The position numbers and the translations under genes were made by a program. From Octopus sinensis (Eukaryota): DNA of 64,000 nt. Below, piece after piece: positions 38,563 through 51,813 of the stretch. Positions within the stretch are counted from its first letter, which is position 1, and each line of letters begins with the position of its first letter. The stretch covers positions 10,850,001 through 10,914,000 of the forward strand of contig NC_043014.1 in assembly GCF_006345805.1 (NCBI RefSeq). The letters run 5' to 3'. Under the pieces are notes generated by a model that worked only from the letters and a program-made list of their open reading frames with translations, did no database searches and was not told where the DNA came from.

Positions 38563-38980
38563 GCACAGGAGTGGCTGTGTGGTAAGTAGCTTGCTAACCA
38601 ACCACATGGTTCCGGGTTCAGTCCCACTGCGTGGAACCTTGGGCAAGTGTCTTCTGCTATAGCCCTGGGCCGACCAATGCCTTGTGAGTGGATTTGGTAG
38701 ACGGAAACTGAAAGAAGCCTGTCGTATATATGTATATATATATATATATATATGTGTGTGTGGTTGTGTGGTCTGTGTTTGTCCCCCTAGCATTGCTTGA
38801 CAACCGATGCTGTGTGTTTACGTCCCCGTCACTTAGCGGTTCGGCAAAAGAGACCGATAGATAAGTACTGGGCTTACAAAGAATAAGTCCCTGGATCGAG
38901 TTGCTCGGTTAAAGGCGGTGCTCCAGCATGGCCGCAGTCAAATGACTGAAACAGGTAAAAGAGTAAAGAGTAAAAAAGAG
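38563..38980 (+). mobile_element. SINE family B
   Basis: Family match. Confidence 0.9.
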
Positions 38981-39640
38981 TATTCCCGATGAAAAAAAGA
39001 ATTTTTTTTTGTCGTCTGTGAACAATAAATCAAAGAATAACGCTAACTTTCATTTACAATTCTGCTGCTTGCCAAAGGTTTGACACAGATTTCAGCCTTA
39101 TCAGAAGCACTGCATAGTTTCACCATTCCGTCCTCGTATTGGTGGTAACATTATATTCGTAATATATCTGTTTTATATATTTCATTCGACAAATATTGAC
39201 AATGTCCTTGAGATAACAAAATTATTTGATCAGCACAAAAATAATTCTATAACATCAAAAACCCACATTCCAGAATAACAATATACACAAAGAAAAACTT
39301 GTTAATCGCCAAAGTGAAAGTAGCCATAATTTGACAAAGCGAAGCTGATAAAATATTGCTAAAAATTGTTGCCTTTTAATTCAGAACTCTCTGATACTCC
39401 CCGCCGTTTATCATATTTCTGTTTTCTCTAACTACATCTCTTCTAAACGTTACTACGTTCATGCATATCCATTCTTGTTTTTATGCGACTCTTTGCCTAT
39501 TACTATTCGTTTTTATATCTTCCTTTTCTCCATTATTCTCTTTATCATTTTCTTGCTTCTGTTTCACTTTTCGTTTTCTTCTCTCAGTCTTATTGGTCTA
39601 CGGAACTGTTCTCTGAACGTCTGTCCATGTAAGTCTCTCT

Positions 39641-39665
<25 letters not shown>

Positions 39666-39698
<33 letters not shown>

Positions 39699-40093
39699 AA
39701 TCTCTCTCTATATAAAGCTGAAGTTGTCTGTGTATGGCGGGTTTGGTAGCCTTCAACTAACACTATCTCCTCCGAGACCCTGCGGCGCAAGTTGACCAAA
39801 ATTGAAAGTATGATAGAAGAAGGCTTGCTCTTCCTTCCGTAGAAGATAAAATTCAAATCAGACCATGTTAAGACCAACAATTATTTACATCAAAAAGGTG
39901 CTTTTTTTCTATGAAAATCCCTATTTTTTACGATGTTTTTACTGCTTTGTCGCCATTTTTCGGTGTATTTCAACCAAAAAAAATGTTTACTGAAAGAGAA
40001 TAACAAGCTACATAGTGCAAAATGTTTACTTTTCAAAAATTCCAATTCTAAAGGGTCGAAAGAAACCCGAGCAACGCCGGGCGATACAGCTAG
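39666..40093 (+). mobile_element. Non-autonomous Helitron
   Basis: (TCTA)n 5' region; hairpin CCCG-N8-CGGG 40066-40081; CTAG|T at 40090-40094; 5' boundary uncertain. Confidence 0.75.
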
Positions 40094-40390
40094 TATATGT
40101 ATAAATATCTGTGTGAGTGCATGTGCGTATGTGTGTGTCTCTTTCTCAGTATATACGTGAGTGCGCATGTGCGTGTGTGTGCGTATACAGATTGTTTGAA
40201 GTGGTGTACAGATTTTATACGTTAAGAAAAGGCGGTCGTCAGGATTTAGGATAATCATTTATTTAGCACTCCCATCTGTTTTTGAGAGACTCATCATGAA
40301 TATTTTATTTACAGAAGACGCATGCCTTTTATATATATGTGAGTGAGTTGAAAAATTCCCAGATCAACTTCAGATTTTTTCAACTAACAC

Positions 40391-40438
<48 letters not shown>

Positions 40439-40615
40439 CACATGTACACACGAACATATAATAGCATGAATTTTCCGTAAGTAAATCATTAATGATGAAT
40501 CTCTCAAAAAGGAAATGAAAGTCATAAATAAATAATTATCCAAAATTCTGACGATCTCCTTTTTCTTACGACAACATATATATTGAGAGAGAGATCTAGA
40601 AAGAGAGAGAGAGAG

Positions 40616-40653
<38 letters not shown>

Positions 40654-40759
40654 TAAGCATACAAACAAACAGGTATTTAGAAAACTGTTTCGTCGACCAA
40701 TATGCTAAAGAGAAGACAACGAATTATGCAACAGAAATTGATAACTTTCAATATGGTTA

Positions 40760-41060
40760 ATTTCAGTAACAACTCTCAGTATTGTAAATCAAATAAAACA
40801 CCCCAGTCCACATGGGTACTACATAACATTAAAGGATCATATAGACATTTGAAGCCGCCTGAAGTGAAGGTGTAAACTCAATAACCAGGCTAAAAGTGGG
40901 TCGAGAATAAACACATGTTTCTCCTTCAGAAGTAATACATTTAACAAAATTAACAAAATGGAATTTAGCAGTGGTTCGATAGTGATGTCTAGAAAGGATC
41001 TTGAAGTTAATGTAAACTTCTGGTTCTACAGCTTCGATTTTTCTTAAGGGCCTATATATT
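40760..41060 (-). mobile_element. Decayed PLE RT-thumb fragment
   Basis: ..GETCVYSRPTFS.. resembles the PLE T.VYRKPT motif. Confidence 0.4.
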
Positions 41061-41189
41061 GAAAGCATTTGCATTTGGGACGTGTCTGTGGAGTGCTCAG
41101 CCACTTGTACGTTAATTTCACGAGTAGACTGTTCTGTTGATCGGATCAGCTGGAACCCTCGTCGTCGTAACCGCTGGAGTGCAACGACG

Positions 41190-41257
<68 letters not shown>

Positions 41258-41279
41258 ATATATATAATATATATATATG

Positions 41280-41600
41280 AGCAGGAGTGGCTGTGGTAAG
41301 TAGCTTGTTTACCCAACCACATGGTTCCGGGTTCAGTTCCACAGCGTGGCACCTTGGACAAGTGTCTTCTACTATAGCCTCGGGCCGACCAAAGCCTTGT
41401 GAGTGGATTTGGTCTGACGGAAACTGAAAGAAGCCCGCCCGTGATATATGTATGTGCGTGTATGTTTGTGTGTCTGTGTTTGTCCCCCTAGCATTTGCTT
41501 GACAACCGATACTGGGTGTTTTTATGTCCCCGTAAATTAGCGGTTCGGCAAAAGAGACCGATAGAACAAGTACTGGGCTTACAAAGAATAAGTCCCGGGG
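41280..41600 (+). mobile_element. SINE family B, 3'-truncated (SINE C tail just upstream at 41070-41190)
   Basis: Family matches. Confidence 0.85.
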
Positions 41601-41641
41601 TCCTATATCTATATGTGTATATATATATATAATATATATAT

Positions 41642-41674
<33 letters not shown>

Positions 41675-42430
41675 GTATGTTACAGTGCGCTTCTACATAG
41701 GGTCACTCTACCAAAGCCACACGCAAGGTATTAGTCGGTCCGGACTATGGTAGAAGACACCGACCTAAGGTGTTGCCGCACAGTGGGCTCGAACTCGGAA
41801 GCCTGTGGTTGCCAAGCGCACTTCTTAACCACACAGACATACTTCCGCTGAAATAAATGCAGATATAATTTACATAATTGCAATCTATACCAAATTACAG
41901 AGAGCATGTAGGAGTGTAAGTCTATACTGAGAGTATGTAGGAGTGTAAGTGGTCAGTGAAAAGAATCAGCCATTGTGTATGCAGACGTTAACTTATTTCT
42001 AATAAAATAGACGCTGAGACAATGTAAAATCAAATAATAGAAACACCGTGGGTTAGTTCAAATTCATTTAACCAATAGCAATCGTCCACGTCATTGTCAT
42101 GCTGGGAAAAACCATGTAACTATGTTTTGTCTTCTTTGCATTGCATGTACGTGGCTTTATCGATTCGTGAATATTGACTTGTACCCACGCAAATGTTCAA
42201 TAAAATGGACAGTAAGATATCATGAAATATATAAGACAACAAAGCGTATATGCCATAAAATGAAATGTGTAAAGAATTAAGTTAACTTTGGATAGACAAA
42301 GAGGCAGTTGAATGGCTGGATAAAACTGGTGTTTTTCTTTGTTGTATCAGAAATGGTTAATGACATTAGTTCAAATAGCGAAGCTTTATAAAGCTATACA
42401 ATTAATGCATTCACAGCGAGGTATGCAACT

Positions 42431-42466
<36 letters not shown>

Positions 42467-42641
42467 TATGTATGTATTATATATATAAGTATATATATAT
42501 GTATTATGTATGTATGTATGTAAGTATATATAATATATTTATATATTAGAGAATATTTTGGAATTCATCTTTGATGGAACTTATGTTAGATTTATATTAT
42601 TATTATTATTATTATTTTATTATTATTATTATATATAGATA

Positions 42642-42693
<52 letters not shown>

Positions 42694-42832
42694 TTTAAAT
42701 ATCTCCACATACAATGATTGGCATACACCAATGCATAACCATATGGATATACGCCACATAAATTTGTACATACGTTTAGCCGCAAGAATATAAACATATA
42801 TGTACACACACACAAACACACACACACACACA

Positions 42833-42866
<34 letters not shown>

Positions 42867-42929
42867 TCACACACACACAACGAACCATATACACGTACAC
42901 ATATGTGCAAACTTAGAGTAACGAAGATG

Positions 42930-43600
42930 GCTGATATAACAGGATACTTCTGGGTTTCTTACGTTTTTTTTTCTTCCGGACCCATTCGTGGATTTATCGA
43001 ATTTCCAGCAAGAAACAGCTGCACACTCTTCTTTGTTGACTGTTTCGGTCCAAGGTCGGTGGGAAACGACCATCACCGTATGGCCGCCTGTGTGCAGGAT
43101 CAACGCTGAAGACTTACAGTAACAGCCCTTACCTATCCCCGTCTCCTTTTCCCACTATCGTCATTTAGCGTATGAAGAATGTGTAATGGTGTTAGTGCTT
43201 GTGTCCTGGATTGTTGAAACCTTTACATGATGAATATTATCATAGTGTGCTTGGTTTGTGTAAAGCCTGTCCCATTCTCTGATCCTTCAAAATTTTATTG
43301 GTCTGGTGCTAAGTGATACGAGCGTCACGAAACAGACTTGTGTAGAGTTACCTTCTCTTAGTTGAGCAGCTAAAGAGTTGAAGATCCTTATCTAAGTGAC
43401 GTCCTTCCAGAGGCAATTCTCTGACGTGCGAATTAACCCTTAGCTGGAACTCTAGCAGGAGCAATTATTTCTGGTCAGGGTAGACCTAGGAATAACAGTG
43501 GATAAGAAAAGGTTCCAAAGTCTTCAAAACCTTGGAACTCCCCAACCAGATCCCTACTACAGTATGCGATTTTAAGCTATATCTAGTATAGTATTAGAAT
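42930..43600 (-). mobile_element. Decayed LINE 5' region (RTE-like, inference)
   Basis: GC-richer; remnant resembling the APE start (RTL.R..Q.EE.AA); multiple stops. Confidence 0.35.
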
Positions 43601-43653
43601 ACAACCAATCATGCGGTCAATGATTTGTATTCTATTATCAGTGCTACAATTTA

Positions 43654-43868
43654 CGAGGGCTGCTGAAAAGCTTTTGACTTTGGGTAAAAGAAAATGCAAG
43701 AGGATCAGTTAATTATGATTTTATTCAACATATTCCCCTCTCACATTCACACACTTATAGCAGCGGTCGTTCAATTTCTATAAGCTTTGTAAAAAATCTC
43801 AGAAGTTTGGGCCTCCAGCCAGGTCTTTTGCAATACCCTTAAAGCCAGGAACTTTTCAGCACTCCTCG
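43654..43868. mobile_element. 215-bp mariner-type MITE
   Basis: TA-CGAGGGCTGCTGAAAAGCTTTTGACTTTGGG ... CCCTTAAAGCCAGGAACTTTTCAGCACTCCTCG-TA. Confidence 0.9.
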
Positions 43869-43909
43869 TATATAATATATATATATATATATATATACAC
43901 GCACACCGG

Positions 43910-46425
43910 AGTAAGCTTTCCATCTCAGTCTTCTAATAAACTCTTCCGTTTTCTCTATAAGACCTTTGATATATTGTTTCCGTGCAGGGATAGGTATTTT
44001 TTCTGAGAAAAATCCAGCGGGAGGGTTAAGTTCCATCTTTTTCAGGTTGTTTCTTCCTACTTGTGCAGAGTCGCTCAAACTTTTTACAAGGAGCGGATTA
44101 GACCGGAGTAAACACATAAATGTGAAACAAGGTGGAAAAAAGAGTACTCAAATACCAGTGGTGTTAGAGTAATATGCTTTATTTTAAGCAGCAGAAAATT
44201 CAACAAAATCTGTTACTCTGAGTTTCTCGTTGCCGTTCATCAGACAGTTTTTGCTAGAATGGAACTTATATATTAATTCAATCTATACTCTTACAAACGC
44301 TACACCTTTAAAAAGAAATGGACTTGTTTGATTGGCCCTTTAGAAAAAACGGTCAATCTTCGAGCGATAAACAAAAAGGTCAAAATATATGTATATATAT
44401 ATAAAAAACTTATAAAAAATATAAAAATTATAAAATCCGAGGAAAAAACGAGGACCGAGGAAAAAAACCTATTGCCGTTAATGAAGACAGTACAAATTAA
44501 TGCATAGAAATTAAACCTGTTATAAATACTGCAATACATATTTATATTAAAATCCACATATATATATCAAACATACACAAAAGGATGCGCGTAAACGCCA
44601 TACATACATATACAGACGTATGAATATGAATCTAAATTATACACATAAAAGCATGTGTACATATATTCACGCAAACCGTCTCGCACGCAAGCTAAAATTC
44701 ATCTATGTAGCAATTCTCATATACTGAGCAAGGAGGGGGAACGAAAGAAAGGGAAAGAGAGAAAAAGGAACGAAAGAGGGGTGGGGGTGGGGGAAAAACT
44801 TGTAGCGATGTTATTGGCATCTATAGAGGCCAGTATACATACACAAGTTTGAATTGATACATATACATACCGTCGTGTGTATGCGTGCTTAAGCACAAGC
44901 ATACTTTCACTTACACATACACAGATACGCATGCTTACAAATACATATGCTTTGCTATACATATACTATATAAACATTCTAATTTGACAACATTGCTTTT
45001 TTAAAAAAAAACAAAAAAACATTGCTTTTAAAAAATGGGTGCATAATAAAATATATACGAAAGACATATAAAATAAAATATAACATCCTATTTTGGGTCA
45101 TTTATAAATAATCAAGGTGTAATATAAATAATCAAGGTAATCCTATGCAATACAATAACATGAAAACAAAGTTTGTGGGGTTTTTCCTAATATATATGTA
45201 GAAACACAATAAGACTTGCTATAGATCCGTCGTAGCGCTTAAGAGTCAAAATCAAAATCAAAAATCAAAATACAAAATATATACTCTATCCATATGGTAT
45301 ATTTATATTCGACATTTTAAATTTAGCCGCGTGCCTACATAAGTTCATTAACTCACTTCTTTGATTCAAAGAATTATTGTCTTTGAATAAGATGTGCATT
45401 TTCTCTAATAAGCAAAGCTTGCACTTGAAATTATATTTGTAAGCTCCATGCCTGTATGGTGCCGCCCTGTCCAGAATGCTCCATGTCACGTTGAAAGGTG
45501 GGGCTTCCTTTTCTTTTAGTTCCCAGACATATTTTGCTAGGTGGTTTTCTTCCTATTCTCTGGGTTATTTAAAAGAATTCTTATGAGAATAAAATCTGTT
45601 TTTTAAAGAATTTCTGAAGCCCCTGTGTATGTCTTGTATTCCGATGAGCCTTCCACTTGCACCTTGGCTCTATAAACTACTCCTTTCACTAGACATTTCC
45701 CTTCTAACGGACAGGAGCTTTCGTTTTTGAAATTACATTTCTTAATGGGCTCGGCACCATGTCTAATCTCAATTAGCTTCCTATTATGTTGGCTAATGTA
45801 AGAGGCGAAATTTCTGCAACAAGAATAGCTAACCTTCAGGGTTCTTCTATTAAATATTCTGTAGAATTTATGACCCTGCTTAAAATGCTTAGAGACTAAT
45901 CTCAAAAATTCCTTACCTATATTAGTCTTTACGGCCAAATTGAAAGCCGGGTTGAACCACAAAACTTTCCTGGTCCTAGTTCTTCGTGCAGCATTATTAT
46001 TAGCATTAAGCTGGTTGAACTGGATCTTCTCCGAGAATCCACTATTCTTTAATGCGCTATCGTAATAAGGTGCAGCATTATGGAATGCTGCCTCGTCCGA
46101 AGAAATTGAAGATATTCTTCTACCTACATTGCTGACTAAGTTGCTAAGGATAACTGGTGGATGGTTCGAATCTTTGCTAATATACGATAGCTTTTCATTG
46201 GGCTTACGGAAAGGTTTAAATCTATCCGATCTTACATTAAAATTTACGTCTAAAAAATCTACACTATTCAGGTTAGTACTATCGTAATCCGTAAGCCCAT
46301 CCTTTGAAAGAAAGCTATAAGGTCCTTCCTAAGTCTATCTGATTCATGGCCGTTTAGATTATGCGTGCTATAAGGCCGTCATCCCTATATAGACCTGCAT
46401 CTATAAATGGGAATTCTATTTTTAG

Positions 46426-46428
<3 letters not shown>
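43910..46428 (-). mobile_element. Penelope-like retroelement (Naiad-type inferred): 5'-truncated RT, GIY-YIG, 3'UTR, hammerhead, then start of a second ORF copy
   Basis: GLYRDDG at 46378-46389; HPP; WFNP; C..C PLEGKC; KYVWELKEK; WSIL..A.PY..CKLCLLEK; downstream KIPIPARKQYIKGLIEKTEEFIRRLRWKA; frameshifted. Confidence 0.93.
44210..44247 (-). ncRNA. Minimal type I hammerhead ribozyme in the PLE terminal repeat
   Basis: CTGT-CTGATGA-A-CG-GCAA-CG-A-GAA-ACTC-A-GAGT-A-ACAG; GUA site 44214/44213. Confidence 0.75.
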
Positions 46429-46482
<54 letters not shown>

Positions 46483-46881
46483 ATATATAAACGGGCTTTT
46501 AGTATCTCTCTACCAAATCCACTCACAAGGCTATAGCAGAAGACGTTTGCTCAAGGTGCCATGCAGTGGAACTGAACCCGGAACTATAGAAATCTTCTTA
46601 CCACAAAGCCACGCCTTCGTCTCACGGCAACAATTTTGTTACATAATGTAATTGGTGAGTGAAGATGCACTTTGAACTCAATACTATGGTTAGACTTCAA
46701 ATATGTTTGACTTTACACAGTTGTAGCGTATTTATTGGACATGTAAATATTATCATTTATGCCTTGTGCATATTTCTGTCTCCCAGTTTGCCATTGTTCG
46801 TCAAGCAGAGAACAGAGTAAACACTCGATGATGTACAGAGGCAAAGTAAATGCTCTACACCATCTCGTTGGGTCCCAATCA

Positions 46882-47224
46882 ATTTTTGTCATAATTTTGG
46901 AATTATACAGGGTGGCCCAAATTTTTGTATAATTTTGGAATTATACAGGGTGGCCCAAATTTTTGTATAATTTTGGAATTATACAGGGTGGCCCAAATTT
47001 TTGTATAATTTTGGAATTATACAGGGTGGCCCAAATTTTTGTATAATTTTGGAATTATACAGGGTGGCCCAAATTTTTGTATAATTTTGGAATTATACAG
47101 GGTGGCCCAAATTTTTGTATAATTTTGGAATTATACAGGGTGGCCCAAATTTTTGTATAATTTTGGAATTATACAGGGTGGCCCAAATTTTTGTATAATT
47201 TTGGAATTATACAGGGTGGCCCAA
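46882..47224. repeat. 38-bp minisatellite: 8 perfect units (46921-47224) plus 1 degenerate unit
   Basis: Unit ATTTTTGTATAATTTTGGAATTATACAGGGTGGCCCAA. Confidence 0.95.
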
Positions 47225-47670
47225 AAGTAGGTTAATAGTTATTCAACTATCTACGGCGGCGAAATGGCAGAAACGTTAGTACTCCGGGCGAAATGCGTAG
47301 CCGTATTTCGTCTGCTGTTACGTTCTGAGTTCAAATTCCGCCGAGGTCGACTTTGCCTTTCATCCTTTCAGGGTCGATAGATTAAGTACCAGTTACGCAC
47401 TAGGGTCGATATGATCGACTTAATCCGTTTGTCTGTCCTTGTTTGTCCCCTCCGTGTTTAGCCCCTTGTGGGTAGTAAAGAAATAGGTATTCAACTATCT
47501 CTTTCGCATTCATATATTAACAGTTTAGATCTTAATTATTAAAAAAATATGAAACAATTATTCTATGCCAATTTAGTTAATTTTACGGGAGAAATTTAAG
47601 TAATAAAATGTTTTAAAATAAATTTAAAGTACCTACGTTATAACTGTAAATCTACTTGTGGACCAACCTG
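47212..47670. mobile_element. Tc1/mariner-type MITE with nested SINE A (47253-47487; TSD TATTCAACTATCT)
   Basis: TA-CAGGGTGGCCCAAAAGTAG ... CTACTTGTGGACCAACCTG-TA; TSD at 47240-47252 and 47488-47500. Confidence 0.85.
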
Positions 47671-47969
47671 TAAAATAAGTATCCTCAATGTAAATGATCC
47701 GGTACCTCGGCAAAACTTCTCATCGAGAAATTTTGATTTCGCCTTTCACGAAAATAAACCGTATATATTTTATCAGTCCAAAGCAGTGAGATGACAGAGT
47801 CGTTACTACAACGAGCAAAATACTTAACGGCATTTCTACCAGCTCTTTACGTTCTTAGTTCAAATACCACAGGGGTAAACTTTGCCGTTCAACCCTTCGG
47901 GTCAATAAAATAAGGTGACAGTTAAACACTGGCATCGATTTAACCGAACCCCTCAAAATAATTTTAAAG

Positions 47970-48799
47970 TGTAGTGACGCCATTTTGGAAATCTTCAGTG
48001 CGCATGCGCAGAGTTGGATCCTTCCAGCAGGCCTGTCGGAAGTTCCCTCATGCGCATGCGCAGAAAACTAGCAGCAGCAGCAGAATTTCCCACGTATCGA
48101 TCTCCCTCGAAGGCTGACAGTCGAACAGGACGGTCGTGTTTTAAAAGCTCTCCCAAGTTGCCACCTCGTGGCGCTGCTACACTATGCTGGAACGGACAGG
48201 ATTTGGCTCACTCCACTTGACCACTGCGACTAGCTCCTAGACTACCGATTCGCCCAGAAGAAGAATATATACATTGCGAGTCCAGAAATAAAATATTTAT
48301 GCTGTTGAAGATATTCGGAAGTCTTGGCTTTTCCTTCTATAAATAACTAGCAGTATCGCCCGGCGTTGCTCGGGTTTGTAAGGGAAATAACTATACAGCA
48401 TTTTTAGAGAGTTATAGCCAAAAAACAGCAAAAAAATGCGCTAAAAATGGAAAAAATATGATGGTAATTTTTTTTTTAAATCGTGGACTCATCGTAGACA
48501 TTTTTAGAGAGTTACTTCCCTTTAAAAAATATGCATGAAAATGGAAAAAAATTATGGTAAATTATTTTTAAAACCGTAGACTCATTGTAGACGCGCGCTA
48601 ATACCCAGAAGGGCTCGATATGAATCACGACTATAAGATACCCGGTTTTGGTTAAACTGCACCGCAAAATGTGGGAGTAGTTAGGAATCTAAATCGAAGG
48701 GGACAGACACTCACACAACTACAGTTTTATATATATAGATTTAATGTAAGGGATGAGATCTGCACCCCTCCAGTGTTACAGACCTTTCATCCTGTTACA
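47970..48799 (+). mobile_element. Solo LTR (~437 bp native) interrupted by a Helitron
   Basis: AAAG|TGTAG...GTTACA|AAAG (4-bp TSD, TG..CA ends); AATAAA 48287-48292; orientation inferred from AATAAA. Confidence 0.7.
48347..48739 (-). mobile_element. Non-autonomous Helitron (393 bp)
   Basis: 5' TC, 3' hairpin CCCGAGCAACGCCGGG plus CTAG; A|T insertion site. Confidence 0.88.
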
Positions 48800-49585
48800 A
48801 AAGCATTATTTATCCAGCATTATTTAATTATCAAATGTACTGTTCGCAAACTCTAAACCAGTTTATATCGCTTTTAGACAACTCTATATTTGTAATGTCG
48901 TGGCTTGGTTTCATCTTCTACTTCCATTTGATTTGATATCTGTTACGAGTTGACATGCCTGACAAGTAATAACACATATCAAACACAAACCATTTTATTC
49001 GTAATTTTGCCGTTCTTTAATATTTCTGAAATCCTAAAAATGCTTTTGTTTCTCACATCCTTAACCTTGAATACAAGTAACTTCTATATACTTCTATTTC
49101 TTATTCTTATTTCATTGGCATCAATAATTTATTTCTAGTATTGTTTTTGTTCTAAATTTTCAAATTTTGCCAGAAGAAAAATGCTTCCTAAGCAGCAAAT
49201 AGAAAAAAAATGGCGAAAAGATTTTCATGCGTCGGATTTTTAGCAATGTAATTCTATTAACCCGTTAGCATTTAAACTAGTCATATCAGACCCAAATATT
49301 TTACCTTGTTTTATGTTCAAAACAGCCGTACCCGACCCTATAATGTTATTCTAAAAATAAACAATCACATCTCCAAAATCTAGAAGCTACGAGATACTGC
49401 ATGATTTATTTCAAACGATGTGGATAAATAAGCATTACAATGGGGTAGTTTTGGTGAAGCTTTGTGCGGTAAAACTTTTAAGAATGTAGTTGTGTAAAGG
49501 CGGAACAATGCGAAAAGGTACAAAGTGGCAATCCGTCGGTTAGGACGACGAGGCTTCCAGTTATATACATATATATATATATATC

Positions 49586-49618
<33 letters not shown>

Positions 49619-49625
49619 TATATAT

Positions 49626-49673
<48 letters not shown>

Positions 49674-49956
49674 AATACTCTCTCATACACACACACACAC
49701 ACACACACACCCTTATACATACTAATACATACGCCAACCTATACATACACACGTCCAGACCCCTCCTACGCACTATTAGCTGGTCCTTCACCCTATTATC
49801 AACCTATTATCAACCCTATTATCTCCCCTTATTTCGCTCTCGCGTCTCATGTTTGATCTTTGACCTCTGGCCGAAATCAGATCGCCATGTTGATTCGTTA
49901 GCTACTGCACGCATTTTTTTCTCTCCTTCTTTCTGTGTTTTTTTTCTCTCTGTGTA

Positions 49957-49994
49957 TCTTTCTGTTGAAGAGCGTAGGCTCGAAACGTTAAAGA
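49957..49994 (+). ncRNA. Minimal hammerhead-like motif, variant core CUGUUGAA
   Basis: TCTTT-CTGTTGAA-GAGC-GTAG-GCTC-GAA-ACGT-T-AAAGA. Confidence 0.55.
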
Positions 49995-50091
49995 CTTGTT
50001 TTATTTATATTTCCTGAGCGTGATACTAATACAATTGTTAGTTTGTTTTCCACCTGCCTTCGTCTTTTGTCTATTTTCATAAAGCTTCCCG

Positions 50092-50128
<37 letters not shown>

Positions 50129-50129
50129 T

Positions 50130-50515
50130 ATGTCGTCGTGGCATTCCATCGGTTACGACGAAGGTTCCAATTGATCCGATGAACGGAACAGCCTGCTCGT
50201 GAAATTAACGTGCAGGTGGCTGAACACTCCGCAGACACGTGTGCCCTTAGCGTAGTTCTCGGGGGAGATTCAGCGTGACACAGAGTGTGACAAGGCTGGC
50301 CCTTTGAAATACAGGTAAAAGAGAAACAGGAAGAAAGAGTGAGAGAAAGTTGTGGTGAAAGAGTACAGCAGTGTTCGCCGCCACCCCCTGCCGGAGCCTG
50401 GTGGGGCTTTAAGTGTTTTCGCTCAATAAACACTCACAACGCCCGGTCTGGGAATCGAAACTGCGATCCTACGACTGCGAGTTCGCTGCCCTAACCACTG
50501 GGCCATTGCACCCCC
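50130..50515 (-). mobile_element. SINE family C
   Basis: Matches 27203-27588. Confidence 0.9.
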
Positions 50516-51114
50516 ACGGTACAATGTAAACTACAACAGGAAAGCAAAACAAAGTTGCAGTTTTACCTTGTATTTTTATATTTCGGGTTGAAGACCTCTT
50601 CTTCAGGGCGTTTGGAAAAAGCAGAAGTTGGAAAGTCGTTATATCGACACCAGTGTTTAACTGGTACTTATTTTATCGACTATGGAAGGATAAAAGGCTG
50701 AGTCGACCTCGGTGGAATTTGAACACGGAACGTAAAGACTGACGAAATGCTGCTAAGCATTTTGCGCGGCGTGCTAATGATTCTGCCAACTCGCCACCTT
50801 ATTTCTATGTAATCATATCATATACCAACAAATAGTGGCGAGCTGGGGGAGTTGGTAGCTTATCGGAGAAAATGATTAACGGCATTTCTTCCGGCATTTT
50901 ACTTTCTCAGTCTAAATTTCGCTGAAGTCATCTTTGCTTTCTATCATTTCGGAGATGATAAAAATAATAAATAGTTTAACACTGAGGTCTACGTAACCCT
51001 CTAAAATCCCTCTCTAGAACTTGGAACAATGTATATACAGCTAAAACTCTGTGATTGCTCGCTTGCTTGCTTCCTTGCTTTGCATACTTGCTTGAGTGTA
51101 TATTTGCTTGAGTG

Positions 51115-51251
51115 CGTGCTTGCCAACCACATGGTTCCGGGTTCAGTCCTACTGCGTTGCACATAGGGCAAGTGTCTTCTACTATAGCCTAGGGCCGACC
51201 AAATCCTTATGAGTAGATTTGGTTGACAGAAACTGAAAGAAGCCCGTCGTA

Positions 51252-51325
<74 letters not shown>

Positions 51326-51530
51326 TGTGTCTGTATTTGTCCCGCCAACATCACTTGACAGCCGATGCTGGTGTGTTTACGTCCCCGTAACTTAGCGGTT
51401 TGGCAAAGAGACCGATAGAATAAGTACTAGGCTTACAAAAGAGTAAGTCCTGGGGTCGATTTGCTCGACTAAAGGCGGTGCTCAAGCATGGCCACAGTCA
51501 AATGACTGAAACAAGTAAAAGAGTAAAAAA
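51115..51530 (+). mobile_element. SINE family B
   Basis: Family match. Confidence 0.88.
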
Positions 51531-51813
51531 TTAAAAGAGTAGTTAACCAATTAACTAATCGATTGCCAATTGTTCGATTATTAGTTCGGTTAATTAATCA
51601 ATCAATCAATCAATCAGCTAGACGTGAAACGGAGCTGGGATAGAGAGGGAATGTCATCGATAAAGAAATAGTGATTGGTGACGGGAAAACTAGCTTAGTT
51701 AACTTTGAAGGTTAACTGATTGGTTGGACAATGAGTTACTTAATTGGTTACATGGTTGATTAATTGACTAATAAAAGTGAAAAACAAAAGAAGAGAAATA
51801 GTGCCCGTGTTTA

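Noticed and set aside
39385-39460. Hammerhead-like remnant CTGATAC...CTAAACGT
   Set aside because: Both core segments are mutated and stem I is not recoverable.
39588-39628. 41-bp exon-like segment (TCTCTCAG|...CAT|GTAAGT)
   Set aside because: It lies in what appears to be a PLE terminal-repeat remnant directly after a degraded hammerhead, and cannot be tied to a host gene.
46882-47224. CRISPR-like 38-bp repeats
   Set aside because: The units are contiguous with no spacers; eukaryotic context; no cas genes.
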